Source: Eubacteriales bacterium (GTDB taxonomy: Bacteria > Bacillota > Clostridia > Oscillospirales > CAG-382). From it: DNA of 59,076 bases. A program made the position numbers and the translations under genes. The stretch spans positions 1 through 59,076 of the forward strand of contig JAZRRU010000078.1 of the NCBI GenBank assembly GCA_045651025.1, written 5' to 3'. Below the pieces are notes generated by a model, which did not search any database, was not told the DNA's origin, and saw only the letters and a list, made by a program, of their open reading frames with translations. Positions 24,811-33,838 of this stretch are shown piece by piece; position 1 is the first letter of the stretch; each line of letters opens with the position of its first letter.

Positions 24811-26418
24811 TTACTTTTCCCATTTATCGCAGATCGAGTTGATCTGGCTTGCGAGCCGTGCAAGGTCTTTGTTTGCGCCCTCGCGGTTGTCCTCGATAAC
24901 GCCCATAAGCCGTCTGCCTGCGGCGAGAAGCTGCTTGAACGCCGAGGATTCGCTCGGCTTGCGCGAGGATTTGACGACTTTTTTGATTCTTTCGGTGTTG
25001 CCTCGGTCGAGACAAACGCCGGAAATGAGGTCGTATTCGGCGCCGTTATAGGGCGCGGTCGCGCGGATTGCAAGTCGGTCCTCGACGGTTTTCGCAAACT
25101 CGTCGCAGACCTCATCCGAGCCGTGATTTACGAAAACCGTGTGGGGCTTGTTCTCAAACCCGTCGATCCATCCGAGAAGCATCTCTCTGTCGGCGTGACT
25201 GCTGATACCGCTGAGCTTTTCGATCTTCGCCTTTATTCTGACTTCCTCGCCGAAGAGGTTGACTCTCTTTGCGCCGTCGGTGATAATTCTTCCGAGCGTT
25301 CCCTCGGACTGATATCCGACGAAAAGAACGGTGCATTCGGGACGCCAGAGGTTGTGCTTGAGGTGATGGCGGATACGTCCCGCCTCGCACATTCCGCTGG
25401 CGGAGATGATGACCTTCGGTCTGTCATCGCGGTTGATCGCAACCGAATCCTCGCTCGTTACCGAGAGGCGAAGATTGTCGAATTTTATCGGGTTGATGCC
25501 TCGGCTCAGAAGCTCGAGCGTCTCGTCGTCGAAGAAGTCGGTGAGGTTACTGCTGTAAATCTCTGTCGCCTCGATCGCGAGGGGGCTGTCGACGTAGACG
25601 GGGAAATCGTCGTGGCGTTTTATGAGATTTTTTTCTTTTATAATACGCATGAGATAGAGAAGCTCTTGCGTTCTGCCGATCGCAAAAGAGGGGATAACGA
25701 GGTTTCCGCCTCGGTCGAACGTCTCCTGCATGATGCGCGTAAGCTGGGTCACGTAGTCGACGCGCTCGCCGTGAACACGGTTGCCGTAGGTCGATTCGAC
25801 GACGATATAGTCGGCAAATTTCGGCTGACCGGGGTCGCGGATAAGAGGACGCTGACAGTTCCCGAGGTCACCCGAGAAGCAGATCGTCTTTTCCTGACCG
25901 CTTTCAGAAACGGTGACGTTTATGCTTGCCGAGCCGAGAAGATGCCCCGCGTCGGTGAAGGATATCTTAACACCCTTGCAGAGATCATATTCCTTTTCGT
26001 AATCGCAGGAAACGAACTGCTCCATCGTGCGGAGAACGTCCTCGGTCGTATACATCGGGGAATAGGGTTCTCTGCCCGAGCGCTTTGCCTTTCGGTTCTG
26101 CCACTGTGCCTCGAATTCCTGAATGTGCGCCGAGTCGAGAAGCATGATCTTACAGAGCTTCGTGGTTGCGGCGGTCGTGTAGATATGACCCTTGAATCCG
26201 CCCGCCGTGAGCGCAGGAATCTTGCCCGAATGGTCGATGTGCGCGTGAGTCAAAAGGAGAAAGTCGATCTCGGACGGGAGAACGGGAAGGTCGCAGTTTT
26301 CGTAGATATCGGGACCCTGCTCCATACCGCAATCGATCATTATCGTTTTTCCTGCGGCGCGAAGAATCGTACAAGAGCCCGTGACTTCATGTGCCGCGCC
26401 GTAAAAAGATATTTTCAT
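24811..26418 (-). CDS. MBL-fold beta-CASP ribonuclease (CPSF-73-like RNA-metabolising metallo-beta-lactamase)
   Basis: ATG 26418 follows GGAGGT; the listed start 26448 is an extension. Motifs LLLTHAHIDHSG, TDAGHLLGS, VVESTYG, the beta-CASP region and ISSHAD. Confidence 0.85.
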   Translation of the reverse strand: MKISFYGAAHEVTGSCTILRAAGKTIMIDCGMEQGPDIYENCDLPVLPSEIDFLLLTHAHIDHSGKIPALTAGGFKGHIYTTAATTKLCKIMLLDSAHIQEFEAQWQNRKAKRSGREPYSPMYTTEDVLRTMEQFVSCDYEKEYDLCKGVKISFTDAGHLLGSASINVTVSESGQEKTICFSGDLGNCQRPLIRDPGQPKFADYIVVESTYGNRVHGERVDYVTQLTRIMQETFDRGGNLVIPSFAIGRTQELLYLMRIIKEKNLIKRHDDFPVYVDSPLAIEATEIYSSNLTDFFDDETLELLSRGINPIKFDNLRLSVTSEDSVAINRDDRPKVIISASGMCEAGRIRHHLKHNLWRPECTVLFVGYQSEGTLGRIITDGAKRVNLFGEEVRIKAKIEKLSGISSHADREMLLGWIDGFENKPHTVFVNHGSDEVCDEFAKTVEDRLAIRATAPYNGAEYDLISGVCLDRGNTERIKKVVKSSRKPSESSAFKQLLAAGRRLMGVIEDNREGANKDLARLASQINSICDKWEK

Positions 26419-26513
26419 AAAAGAACCTCCTTTTTGTCTTTGTTTCATTTTAACATATTAAAACGGGATATTCAACAACATTTAACGTATGAAATGAAAA
26501 CTTTTTGCGATTG

Positions 26514-26542
26514 TTGACAAAATATAACGCTTGATGTATTAT
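26514..26542 (+). promoter_or_regulatory. Promoter TTGACA-17-TATTAT
   Basis: Hexamers at 26514-26519 and 26537-26542, upstream of the LRR-dockerin gene. Confidence 0.55.
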
Positions 26543-26577
26543 GATAACAAGATAAAACCCCAAAAAGGAGAATGATT

Positions 26578-27855
26578 ATGAAAAAAATCATTTCGATAAC
26601 CCTCGTCCTTGCGATGATGCTTGCAATGATGCCCTTGGCAGTGTTTGCGGAAGTAGGTACGGATGGATTTGTATACACGTTGAGCGATGATAGAACTCAC
26701 TATATCGTTTCGAAATATAACGGATCGGCAGCCGAGGTTGAAATTCCGTCGAAATTCAACAGAATCACAGTTGCCGAAATCGGTGAAAGCGCATTCTCCG
26801 ATAATACGAGATTGATAACCTTAACGATTCCCGATACCGTTACCGCTATCGGCGATTCTGCGTTTTCGGGATGCTCACAGCTCACGGACGTTCGCCTCTC
26901 GAAAAATCTTACCTCGATTGAAAGGTACGCCTTTTCGGATTGCACGAGCTTGAGCAGCGTCGAGCTTCCCGATTCTCTCGTGCGCATCGGCGCAAGAACG
27001 TTTCATGGCTGTACGAATTTGTCGAAGATCGTTCTTCACGATTCCCTCGTTGAAATCGGATATATGGCGTTCGCGGGATGTGAATCCCTCGAGTATAATA
27101 TGTATAAAAATTGCCGATATCTCGGAACTGAAAATAATCCTTATCATGCGATAATAAGCCCCGTTTCGAAGGATTTGGGCAGCTATACCATTCACGAAAA
27201 TACGAAAACGCTTGCGGGCGGTGTGTTTCAGGATTGTGTTAATCTGAAAACCGTTACGATTCCCGACTCGGTGTCTTTTATCGGCACAGACGCGTTCGAG
27301 TATTGCTCCGAGCTTCGTGAGGTGAATTTAAACGATTCCTTGAAGGTTATCGGCGACTATGCATTTTCCGCATGCTGCGGTCTTTTGGAAATCAATATTC
27401 CCGATTCGGTAACACAGATCGGAAAGTTCGCTTTTTGGATGTGCGAGAGGATAACGAGCGTTGAAATACCTGATTCGGTGCGCTACGTAGGGTTTAGTGC
27501 ATTTTCTTGCGGTAATATGCGTGAGGTTTATTGTGAAGCGGAATCCGAGCCCGCGGAATGGGATGAATATTGGGACAACGGATTGAGCGACGCAACGATC
27601 TACTGGGGCTGCAAAATTGAGGATGAATCCCCCGCTCCCGCTCCCGTCCCCGACATCATTCTCGGCGACATCGACGGAGATGAGAACGTTACCGCGGCGG
27701 ACTACGTGTTCGCGAAGCGTGCGGTTATGGGCACGTATAAAATGACCGAAGCGCAAAAGATTGCCGCGGATATCGACAAAAGCGGCGAAGTAACCGCCGC
27801 AGATTACGTTTTTGTGAAACGCGCGGTTATGGGTACATATACGATAAAAGGTTAA
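26578..27855 (+). CDS. Secreted BspA-type leucine-rich-repeat protein with C-terminal dockerin-like module
   Basis: Signal peptide. Repeated 'IPDSV..IG..AF..C..L..V.L' LRR_5-type units. The C-terminus GDIDGDENVTAADYVFAKRAVMGTY ... DIDKSGEVTAADYVFVKRAVMGTY is a duplicated dockerin Ca-loop/helix. Confidence 0.85.
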   Translation: MKKIISITLVLAMMLAMMPLAVFAEVGTDGFVYTLSDDRTHYIVSKYNGSAAEVEIPSKFNRITVAEIGESAFSDNTRLITLTIPDTVTAIGDSAFSGCSQLTDVRLSKNLTSIERYAFSDCTSLSSVELPDSLVRIGARTFHGCTNLSKIVLHDSLVEIGYMAFAGCESLEYNMYKNCRYLGTENNPYHAIISPVSKDLGSYTIHENTKTLAGGVFQDCVNLKTVTIPDSVSFIGTDAFEYCSELREVNLNDSLKVIGDYAFSACCGLLEINIPDSVTQIGKFAFWMCERITSVEIPDSVRYVGFSAFSCGNMREVYCEAESEPAEWDEYWDNGLSDATIYWGCKIEDESPAPAPVPDIILGDIDGDENVTAADYVFAKRAVMGTYKMTEAQKIAADIDKSGEVTAADYVFVKRAVMGTYTIKG

Positions 27856-28003
27856 AATCAAGAATAACACAACGTAGGGAGCAAGCGTCCCCGACGGTTC
27901 GTTATATTGTATACGTGTGTGTTGATATAGTTCATGGGCTGGCAACAAAGCTCCTGTAAAAGACAAAAAACGCGCGAACCGTTGTGAAAACATTGATATA
28001 ACG

Positions 28004-28037
28004 AAAAAAGAACCGATGTGAATCGGTTCTTTTTTTA
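28004..28037. terminator. Bidirectional terminator between convergent genes
   Basis: A6, stem agaaccgat-gtga-atcggttct, then T6. Confidence 0.8.
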
Positions 28038-28499
28038 TGTGTTGTTGTGGAAATAGTAAAGCGTGTTTGTCTGAACGTCAAAAATCCAAATGTCGTAGCA
28101 TCCGTATTTTTTATGGTTTTCTTTTTCGTAAATATAAAAGTAATCGCCGGCATCTATTACAGAACGGTCGAAGGCGTAATTTGAAACGAGTTCATCATTG
28201 GGGTCGTTGTTTTTGTAGACGTTGATGCATTTTTCAAAATCATCAACGAACCCATAAAGAATACCACTATCCGATTCTGTGATTTTTTTGAAGTATCTGT
28301 TGTTTTCAAGTTTTGCCGATGAATAGGAATAAACACCAAAATCCGTATAATCCTGAAATTCGCCGTGAGTCCAAAACTGTTCATTTTCATATTTACCGAG
28401 AGAATTCAAAACCTTGTCTTGTCTGGTTTGGAGAGCGCAATGTGCGATCAAAGATATCGCAACGATAAATAAAACTAACACAATTAACTTTTTCTTCAT
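28035..28499 (-). CDS. Secreted/membrane-anchored hypothetical protein (154 aa), AT-rich
   Basis: N-terminal signal-like helix KKKLIVLVLFIVAISLIAHCA and RBS GGAGAA. I recognise no family. Confidence 0.65.
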   Translation of the reverse strand: MKKKLIVLVLFIVAISLIAHCALQTRQDKVLNSLGKYENEQFWTHGEFQDYTDFGVYSYSSAKLENNRYFKKITESDSGILYGFVDDFEKCINVYKNNDPNDELVSNYAFDRSVIDAGDYFYIYEKENHKKYGCYDIWIFDVQTNTLYYFHNNT

Positions 28500-28525
28500 T
28501 TCGCATTCTCCTTTATTTCAACAGT

Positions 28526-28554
28526 ATTATACCATGGTTTGTTGTGCTTTTCAA
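28526..28554 (-). promoter_or_regulatory. Promoter TTGAAA-17-TGgTATAAT (extended -10) for 28035..28499
   Basis: On the minus strand, TTGAAA is at 28554-28549 and TATAAT at 28531-28526, preceded by TGG. Confidence 0.6.
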
Positions 28555-28712
28555 TGAAATCGCGCAAAGCGCGATGAAATCCGTACAATGGACGGATGAA
28601 ATCTGCTTCGCAGATGAAATTAAATCCACCCATCCGCCGTCAAGGCGGATTTCATCCACGCAGGGGATTTCATCATTAAAGATGATTTCACCCACCCGAC
28701 AGGGTGGATTTA
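28554..28712. repeat. Hairpin array 2: fixed word ATGAAAT (x4) then its complement ATTTCAT/ATTTCAC (x3), separated by different small palindromes
   Basis: ATGAAAT words occur at 28554, 28574, 28596 and 28614, separated by cgcgc-aaa-gcgcg, ccgt-acaatgg-acgg and ctgc-ttcg-cag. ATTTCAT occurs at 28649 and 28667 and ATTTCAC at 28685, with palindromes atccgcc-gtca-aggcggat, catc-attaaa-gatg and ccaccc-gaca-gggtgg. TAAATCCACCC (28621-28631) is the exact reverse complement of GGGTGGATTTA (28702-28712). Confidence 0.8.
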
Positions 28713-28715
28713 GTT

Positions 28716-28760
28716 GAAAAGAAACAACCTTTGTCCGGTAGACAAAGGTTGTTTCTTTTC
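28716..28760 (-). terminator. 20-bp perfect stem-loop immediately 3' of tRNA-Gln (terminator-like)
   Basis: The arms of gaaaagaaacaacctttgtc-cggta-gacaaaggttgtttcttttc are T-rich at the 3' end on both strands. Confidence 0.55.
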
Positions 28761-28835
28761 TGGCAGCGGAATAGGGATTCGAACCCCAACAAACAGAGTC
28801 AGAGTCTGTCGTGCTAACCGTTACACAATTCCGCT
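28761..28835 (-). tRNA. tRNA-Gln (anticodon CTG), CCA encoded
   Basis: Hand fold of AGCGGAATTGTGTAACGGTTAGCACGACAGACTCTGACTCTGTTTGTTGGGGTTCGAATCCCTATTCCGCTGCCA. It has a 7-bp acceptor stem, anticodon stem ACAGA/TCTGT with loop CTCTGAC, and T-loop TTCGAAT. Length 75 nt. Confidence 0.85.
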
Positions 28836-28865
28836 ATATATCTGCGCTTTCTCGGCGCAGACGTT

Positions 28866-28894
28866 ATTCTATCATTGTTTTTCTTAAATGTCAA
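28866..28894 (-). promoter_or_regulatory. Promoter TTGACA-17-TAGAAT for tRNA-Gln
   Basis: On the minus strand, TTGACA is at 28894-28889 and TAGAAT at 28871-28866. A leader hairpin tctgcgc-N7-gcgcaga (28841-28861) lies between the -10 and the tRNA 5' end. Confidence 0.65.
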
Positions 28895-28910
28895 GTGCTT
28901 TTTTCGTTTT

Positions 28911-29426
28911 TTACGCTTGTTTTTGCTTTTTTGCGCGATTTTTTATGGTTTTTTCTTTTTTGTCTTCGATGCCAAGCTCGATTTTGACCATTTTTATCGC
29001 CATTTTTGCCGAGAGTCGGCGGACCTGCGCACGAGAGCCGTCAAAAAGAAATGTTTTTGCATAGCATTTTTCGTCCGTCGCGATGCCGATACATACCGTG
29101 CCGACGGGTTTTCCCGGTACTGCGCCCGTAGGTCCCGCGATCCCCGTTACCGAAACGGCGACATCCGCGCCCGAAAGGTTACGAACACCCGACGCCATCT
29201 CGCGCGCCGTTTCCTCGGAGACCGCGCCGAAATTTTCGAGCGTTTCTTTTTTTACGCCGAGAAGCTTCATTTTTGCTTCGTTCGAATAGGTCGTGACCGA
29301 GCATTCAAAAACCTCGCTCGCGCCCGAAACGTCGGTGAGCAGCTTCGAGACGAGTCCGCCCGTGCAGGATTCCGCCGCGCTGACGCGAAGCCCCTTTTCT
29401 TTCAGCGTTTTTATAAGCGTTTTCAT
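28911..29426 (-). CDS. CinA-family C-terminal domain protein (nicotinamide-nucleotide amidase PncC-like)
   Basis: The CinA/PncC signature SAAESCTGGLVSKLLTDVSGASEVFECSVTTYSNEAK ... VSVTGIAGP is present. Confidence 0.85.
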   Translation of the reverse strand: MKTLIKTLKEKGLRVSAAESCTGGLVSKLLTDVSGASEVFECSVTTYSNEAKMKLLGVKKETLENFGAVSEETAREMASGVRNLSGADVAVSVTGIAGPTGAVPGKPVGTVCIGIATDEKCYAKTFLFDGSRAQVRRLSAKMAIKMVKIELGIEDKKEKTIKNRAKKQKQA

Positions 29427-29430
29427 ATTT

Positions 29431-30600
29431 TTAACCCAACTTCACAAAATGATCGGTGGCAAGCGCGCGCTCGACAAGTCCGTCGACGTCGAGCTTTGCT
29501 TCTTCCGCGAGGATCTCGTCCATGTCGGGACGCGTGTCGGGGTGCTTCGGTGTGAAGACGGTACAGCAGTCCTCGTAGGGAAGTATCGAGGTTTCGAAAG
29601 TGCCGATTTCACGAGCACGCACGACGATTTCTTCTTTATCAAGACCGATGCAGGGACGGAGAACGGGAAGAGTTGCAACTGCGTCGGTGACGGCAAGCGA
29701 CTGCATCGTCTGGCTCGCGACCTGCGCGAGACTTTCACCCGTGACGAGACATCCCGCGCCGTATTTTTCGGCAACTCTCGACGCGCATCTTACCATAAAG
29801 CGTCGGAGGAGAAGCGTAAAGAGTCGTTCCTTGCATTTTTGAACGAGCGTCTCTTGAATTTCGGTCAAGCTTATCGAATGGAGATAGATCTCTCCGCAGT
29901 ATTCGGTGAGCTTTTCGGCAAGGGTACGCACCTTGAGAGCCGCCGCTTCGCCCGTGTAGGGAGGCGTTTCAAAATAAACCGCGTCGATCGCCGCACCTCT
30001 GCGCGCGATCATATGACCCGCAACGGGGCTGTCGATGCCGCCCGAGAGCATGAGCATCGCGCGTCCGCTCGAGCCGACGGGAACACCGCCCGCGCCCTTC
30101 TCACCGTTGCCGTGAATGAACGCCGCGCGGTCGCGTATCTCGATCGTAATAACACGCTCGGGGTTGATAACGTCGACCTTCATATCGGGGCGCGCTTCAA
30201 GCACGGTTCCGCCGCATTCCATACAAATCTCGGGAGATTTGAGGGGGAACTTCTTGTCGCTTCGCTTCGCGTCGCATTTGAACGTTTTTGCGTTGCCGAG
30301 GAGGTCGTCAATATGCTCGGTGAGGTTCTTGCGGATGTCCTCCATATCCTTCTCGCACTCTATTCCGCGGCAAACTGTTGCAACGCCAAAAACCTTTTTT
30401 GCCTGCTCGTATGCCGCGTCCATGTCGGCATCGTCACTACCGCGAACGCAGAGCGTGGACTGAGCATAGTCGAACTTAAATTCGCCCTGAACGTTCCTGA
30501 GCGCGCGTCTTACGCGGCTTTCGAGAACCGAGTTGAAATATCCGCGGTTGAGTCCTTTGAGGACGATCTCGCCGTATTTTAAAAGCAAAACTTCTTTCAT
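29431..30600 (-). CDS. thiI: tRNA 4-thiouridine(8) synthase ThiI
   Basis: KYGEIVLKG N-terminus, a THUMP region and the PP-loop LSGGIDSPVAGHM. The size is 389 aa, i.e. no rhodanese domain, as in Firmicutes. Confidence 0.9.
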   Translation of the reverse strand: MKEVLLLKYGEIVLKGLNRGYFNSVLESRVRRALRNVQGEFKFDYAQSTLCVRGSDDADMDAAYEQAKKVFGVATVCRGIECEKDMEDIRKNLTEHIDDLLGNAKTFKCDAKRSDKKFPLKSPEICMECGGTVLEARPDMKVDVINPERVITIEIRDRAAFIHGNGEKGAGGVPVGSSGRAMLMLSGGIDSPVAGHMIARRGAAIDAVYFETPPYTGEAAALKVRTLAEKLTEYCGEIYLHSISLTEIQETLVQKCKERLFTLLLRRFMVRCASRVAEKYGAGCLVTGESLAQVASQTMQSLAVTDAVATLPVLRPCIGLDKEEIVVRAREIGTFETSILPYEDCCTVFTPKHPDTRPDMDEILAEEAKLDVDGLVERALATDHFVKLG

Positions 30601-31724
30601 CTTCTGAGCTTTTTCGCGGTCTCGCCGATTTTTTCGGCGAGGAATTCCGCTTCCTCCTTCGTGTTATGTGTGCCGATGCTGATTCTTATCGTGCTTTCGA
30701 TCTCCTCTTTCGTGAGTCCGAACGCGGAAAGTGCACCGCTCGGGCCTTTCCGAGCCGAGCACGCGCTTCCTGCGGAGACGCAGATTCCGAGCGAGTTGAG
30801 AGCGTTAAGCATGACTTCGCTCCGAACTCCGAGAACCGAGACCGAAAGGATCGTATCTATATGATTTTTCGGGATGTTTAACTTTATGTTTTCGACCTTC
30901 TCGGGAAGTATCGAAACGAGATGGGCGTATATCTCCGAGATGTGCGACAGCTTTTCCGAGTCAAACGCTTCGCAAGCTGTTCCGAAAGCCGAAATGCCGA
31001 CGATATTTTCGGTTCCCGAACGGAAACCGTTTTCCTGCCCGCCGCCTTTTATGAATGCGGGGAGCTTCAACCCGTTTTTCACAAACAGCGCGCCGACGCC
31101 TTTGAGTCCGCCGATCTTGTGCGCGGAAAGAGAAGCACAATCGCAATTTTTTGAAATCTCTTTTCGGTCGGTCGTTTTCAGGAATCCCTGAATCGCGTCA
31201 CAGTGAAGAAGCGCACCGCAACCGCTTCGATCGATTGCGCGTCTTACGGAAGCAATATCGTATTTCGCGCCCGTTTCGTTGTTCGCGAGCATGATGCTCA
31301 CGAACGCCGCGCCGAGAGAAAGCTCACGCTCGAGCGACAGAATATCGAGAACGCCGTCTCTCGTGCCGATGCGGATGATCTCAAAACCCTCGGATTCAAG
31401 CGCGTCAAGCGGATTTTGAACCGACGGATGCTCGCTGTCGGTGGTGATTATTCTTTTTGAACGGCGTGAACGGAGCTTTGCAAGTCCGACGATCGCTTGA
31501 TTGTTGCTCTCGCTGCCGCAGGAAGTAAAAATCACTTCCTCGGGCTTGCAGAGAAGTGCGCGTGCAACCTTTTTGCGCGATTCTTCGATGACTTTTCTGG
31601 AAACGAGCCCCTCGGAATGGATCGACGACGGGTTGCCGAAAACATCAAGCGCGTTTTTTGCGGAATCGACGGCTTCGGGAAGAGGAATCGTCGTTGCCGC
31701 CGAGTCAAAATATATCGTGTTCAT
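30597..31724 (-). CDS. Cysteine desulfurase (NifS/IscS/NifZ class V aminotransferase)
   Basis: ATG 31724 (MNTIYFDSAATT) is preferred over the listed 31781. PLP lysine in SLSAHKIGGLKGVGALF and active-site Cys in SAGSACSA. It overlaps the thiI start by 4 nt. Confidence 0.88.
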   Translation of the reverse strand: MNTIYFDSAATTIPLPEAVDSAKNALDVFGNPSSIHSEGLVSRKVIEESRKKVARALLCKPEEVIFTSCGSESNNQAIVGLAKLRSRRSKRIITTDSEHPSVQNPLDALESEGFEIIRIGTRDGVLDILSLERELSLGAAFVSIMLANNETGAKYDIASVRRAIDRSGCGALLHCDAIQGFLKTTDRKEISKNCDCASLSAHKIGGLKGVGALFVKNGLKLPAFIKGGGQENGFRSGTENIVGISAFGTACEAFDSEKLSHISEIYAHLVSILPEKVENIKLNIPKNHIDTILSVSVLGVRSEVMLNALNSLGICVSAGSACSARKGPSGALSAFGLTKEEIESTIRISIGTHNTKEEAEFLAEKIGETAKKLRR

Positions 31725-31831
31725 AGATTTACCTTTTGCATTTGATTGTATAATTATAACTGCAACGGCGTGAATAGTCAATTAAATGATGAGGATTTTG
31801 TTAAATTTTATTTATTTTAGAAGATTTCCTC

Positions 31832-31860
31832 TTTACATAAGGAAGAAAAAGTTGTATAAT
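31832..31860 (+). promoter_or_regulatory. Promoter TTTACA-17-TATAAT (TG-extended) for rny, giving a ~145-nt leader
   Basis: TTTACA at 31832-31837 and TGTATAAT ending at 31860. Confidence 0.5.
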
Positions 31861-32010
31861 AACCGAGAATACCGATGCCAAGGCGCTTGCCACGGCGAAA
31901 TAACGATATATTTTTTTGGATATTTAGAAATTTATATAAAAAAGAATATAAAACTTATCAGCCGGACGATTGTCCTTGCCTCGGGATAAAATAAATTTTA
32001 GGAGGCAAAA

Positions 32011-33552
32011 ATGGACCTTTATTTAGCAATTGGTTTGATTGCCGGTGCAGCCGTCCTGTTTTTCATCATAGGATTCGTATTGCGTAAGATGACCGCCGAG
32101 AGAAAGATCGGCAGCGCAGAAGCAGAAGCAAAGCGAATCATCGAGGACGCCGCAAAAACCGCTGAAACTGCCAAAAAAGAAAAGCTTGTAGAAGCAAAAG
32201 AAGAAGCGCTCCGTATCAAGAACGATACCGAACGCGAGCTCAAAGAGAGAAGAAACGACCTTCAGCGTCAGGAACGCAGAGTTCTCCAGAAGGAAGAAAA
32301 TCTCGACAAGAAAAGCGAAGCTTTTGAAAAGAAAGAAGAAGTTTTAAATCAGAAAATTCGCGAAAACGATGAGTTGAAGCTCAAAAACGAGGAGATCATC
32401 GCAAAACAGGAGGAAGAGCTCCAGAGAATTTCGGGTATGTCCGTTGAGGACGCTCGCGCGATCCTTATGGAACGCGTCGAGAGCGAAGCGAGACACGAAA
32501 TGGCGATGAAATTGCTCGAGGTTGAGCAGGAATGCAAGGACAAAGCGGAAGAATCCGCGAAGAACATCATCGCGCTTGCAATACAGCGTTGCGCTGCTGA
32601 CAGCGTTGCCGAAGCGACCGTCTCGGTCGTTGACCTCCCGAACGACGAAATGAAGGGTAGAATCATCGGCAGAGAGGGTAGAAATATCCGCGCGATCGAA
32701 ACGCTTACGGGTGTTGACCTTATTATCGACGACACGCCCGAGGCAATCGCGATCTCGACGTTTGACCCCGTTCGCAGAGAAGTTGCGAGAATGACTCTCG
32801 AGAAGCTTATCTCCGACGGCAGAATCCATCCCTCGCGCATCGAGGAAACCGTTGAAAAGAGCCGCAAGGAAGTCGAAGCCGTTATTAAGAAGGAAGGCGA
32901 ACAGGCGACCTACGAGACCGGCGTTCACGGAATCAATCCCGAGCTTATCAAGCTCCTCGGCCGACTCAAGTACAGAACGAGCTACGGTCAGAACGTTCTC
33001 AAGCATTCTATTGAAGTTGCACACATCGCAGGCATGATCGCTTCCGAGCTCGGTGTTGACCCGATTCAGGCGAAGCGTGCGGGCTTGCTCCACGATATCG
33101 GTAAGGCGATGACTCACGAGATCGACGGTTCTCACGTTCAGATCGGTGTTGACCTTGCCCGTAAGTACAAGGAAAGCCGTGATATCGTTCACGCGATCGA
33201 GGCACACCACGGCGACGTTGAGCCCCAAACTCTCGTTGCTATGATCGTTCAGGCGGCGGACGCTGTTTGGGCGGCAAGACCCGGCGCAAGACGTGAAAAT
33301 CTCGAAACCTACATCAAGCGTCTCCAGAAGCTCGAGGAAATCGCAACCTCCTTCAACGGTGTTGAAAAATCGTTTGCGATTCAGGCGGGCAGAGAAGTAC
33401 GCATAATGGTCAAGCCCGACGAGGTGAATGACGACGAAATGGTATTTATCGCAAGGGATATCGCTCGCAAGATCGAGGAAGAGCTTGAATATCCCGGTCA
33501 GATAAAGATCAACGTAATCCGCGAAATGCGTCAGGTTGACTACGCGAAGTAG
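32011..33552 (+). CDS. rny: Ribonuclease Y
   Basis: N-terminal TM helix, a Lys/Glu coiled-coil, a KH domain ([15 protein letters not shown]) and an HD domain (LLHDIGKA...HH). Confidence 0.95.
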   Translation: MDLYLAIGLIAGAAVLFFIIGFVLRKMTAERKIGSAEAEAKRIIEDAAKTAETAKKEKLVEAKEEALRIKNDTERELKERRNDLQRQERRVLQKEENLDKKSEAFEKKEEVLNQKIRENDELKLKNEEIIAKQEEELQRISGMSVEDARAILMERVESEARHEMAMKLLEVEQECKDKAEESAKNIIALAIQRCAADSVAEATVSVVDLPNDEMKGRIIGREGRNIRAIETLTGVDLIIDDTPEAIAISTFDPVRREVARMTLEKLISDGRIHPSRIEETVEKSRKEVEAVIKKEGEQATYETGVHGINPELIKLLGRLKYRTSYGQNVLKHSIEVAHIAGMIASELGVDPIQAKRAGLLHDIGKAMTHEIDGSHVQIGVDLARKYKESRDIVHAIEAHHGDVEPQTLVAMIVQAADAVWAARPGARRENLETYIKRLQKLEEIATSFNGVEKSFAIQAGREVRIMVKPDEVNDDEMVFIARDIARKIEEELEYPGQIKINVIREMRQVDYAK

Positions 33553-33563
33553 CGCTTCGCTTT

Positions 33564-33593
33564 CAATCAAAAACGAGTTTTTGATTGGTTTTT
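33564..33593 (+). terminator. Rho-independent terminator after rny
   Basis: Stem caatcaaaaac / gtttttgattg followed by GTTTTT. Confidence 0.65.
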
Positions 33594-33838
33594 GGAGGTT
33601 CGTTCGCTCGCGCCAATCTTGTGCGCGCCCTTCATTACCCCGCAAAACAAGTTTTTCGGGGACCCCAATTCGGGCTTGTCCAAGATTGCGAACCTCATAG
33701 GTATATTTTTCAAGGCGCATGTCCTTGAAAAATATGAAAAATTTATTGTATGATCAGGTAGGGGAGGGCGATAACGCCCTCCCGTACTCAAGATGGCGGG
33801 TTTTGTCTGCCGAAAAAACGCGGAAAGGCGTAGGAATT

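Noticed and set aside
24799-26517. A 572-aa plus-strand ORF opposite the beta-CASP RNase gene
   Set aside because: The minus strand encodes clear HxHxDH and beta-CASP motifs. The plus-strand ORF is a shadow ORF.
28513-28695. A 60-aa minus-strand ORF
   Set aside because: It lies entirely on hairpin array 2. Its 'protein' merely reflects the repeated ATTTCAT words, and it has no RBS.
28554-28712. Could the word/spacer arrays (here and at 424-593) be CRISPR arrays?
   Set aside because: The repeated words are only 7 nt. The 'spacers' are 10-19 nt and are themselves palindromes. The word orientation flips mid-array, and no cas genes are present. This is not CRISPR.
33719-33838. The ATG-initiated N-terminal 40-codon extension of ymdB given in the ORF track
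   Set aside because: The extension runs through a GC hairpin and has no family similarity. YmdB homologues start a few residues before the (I/V)LxxGDxxG motif, and TTG 33839 has an AGGA upstream. I kept it as an uncertainty, not a certainty.
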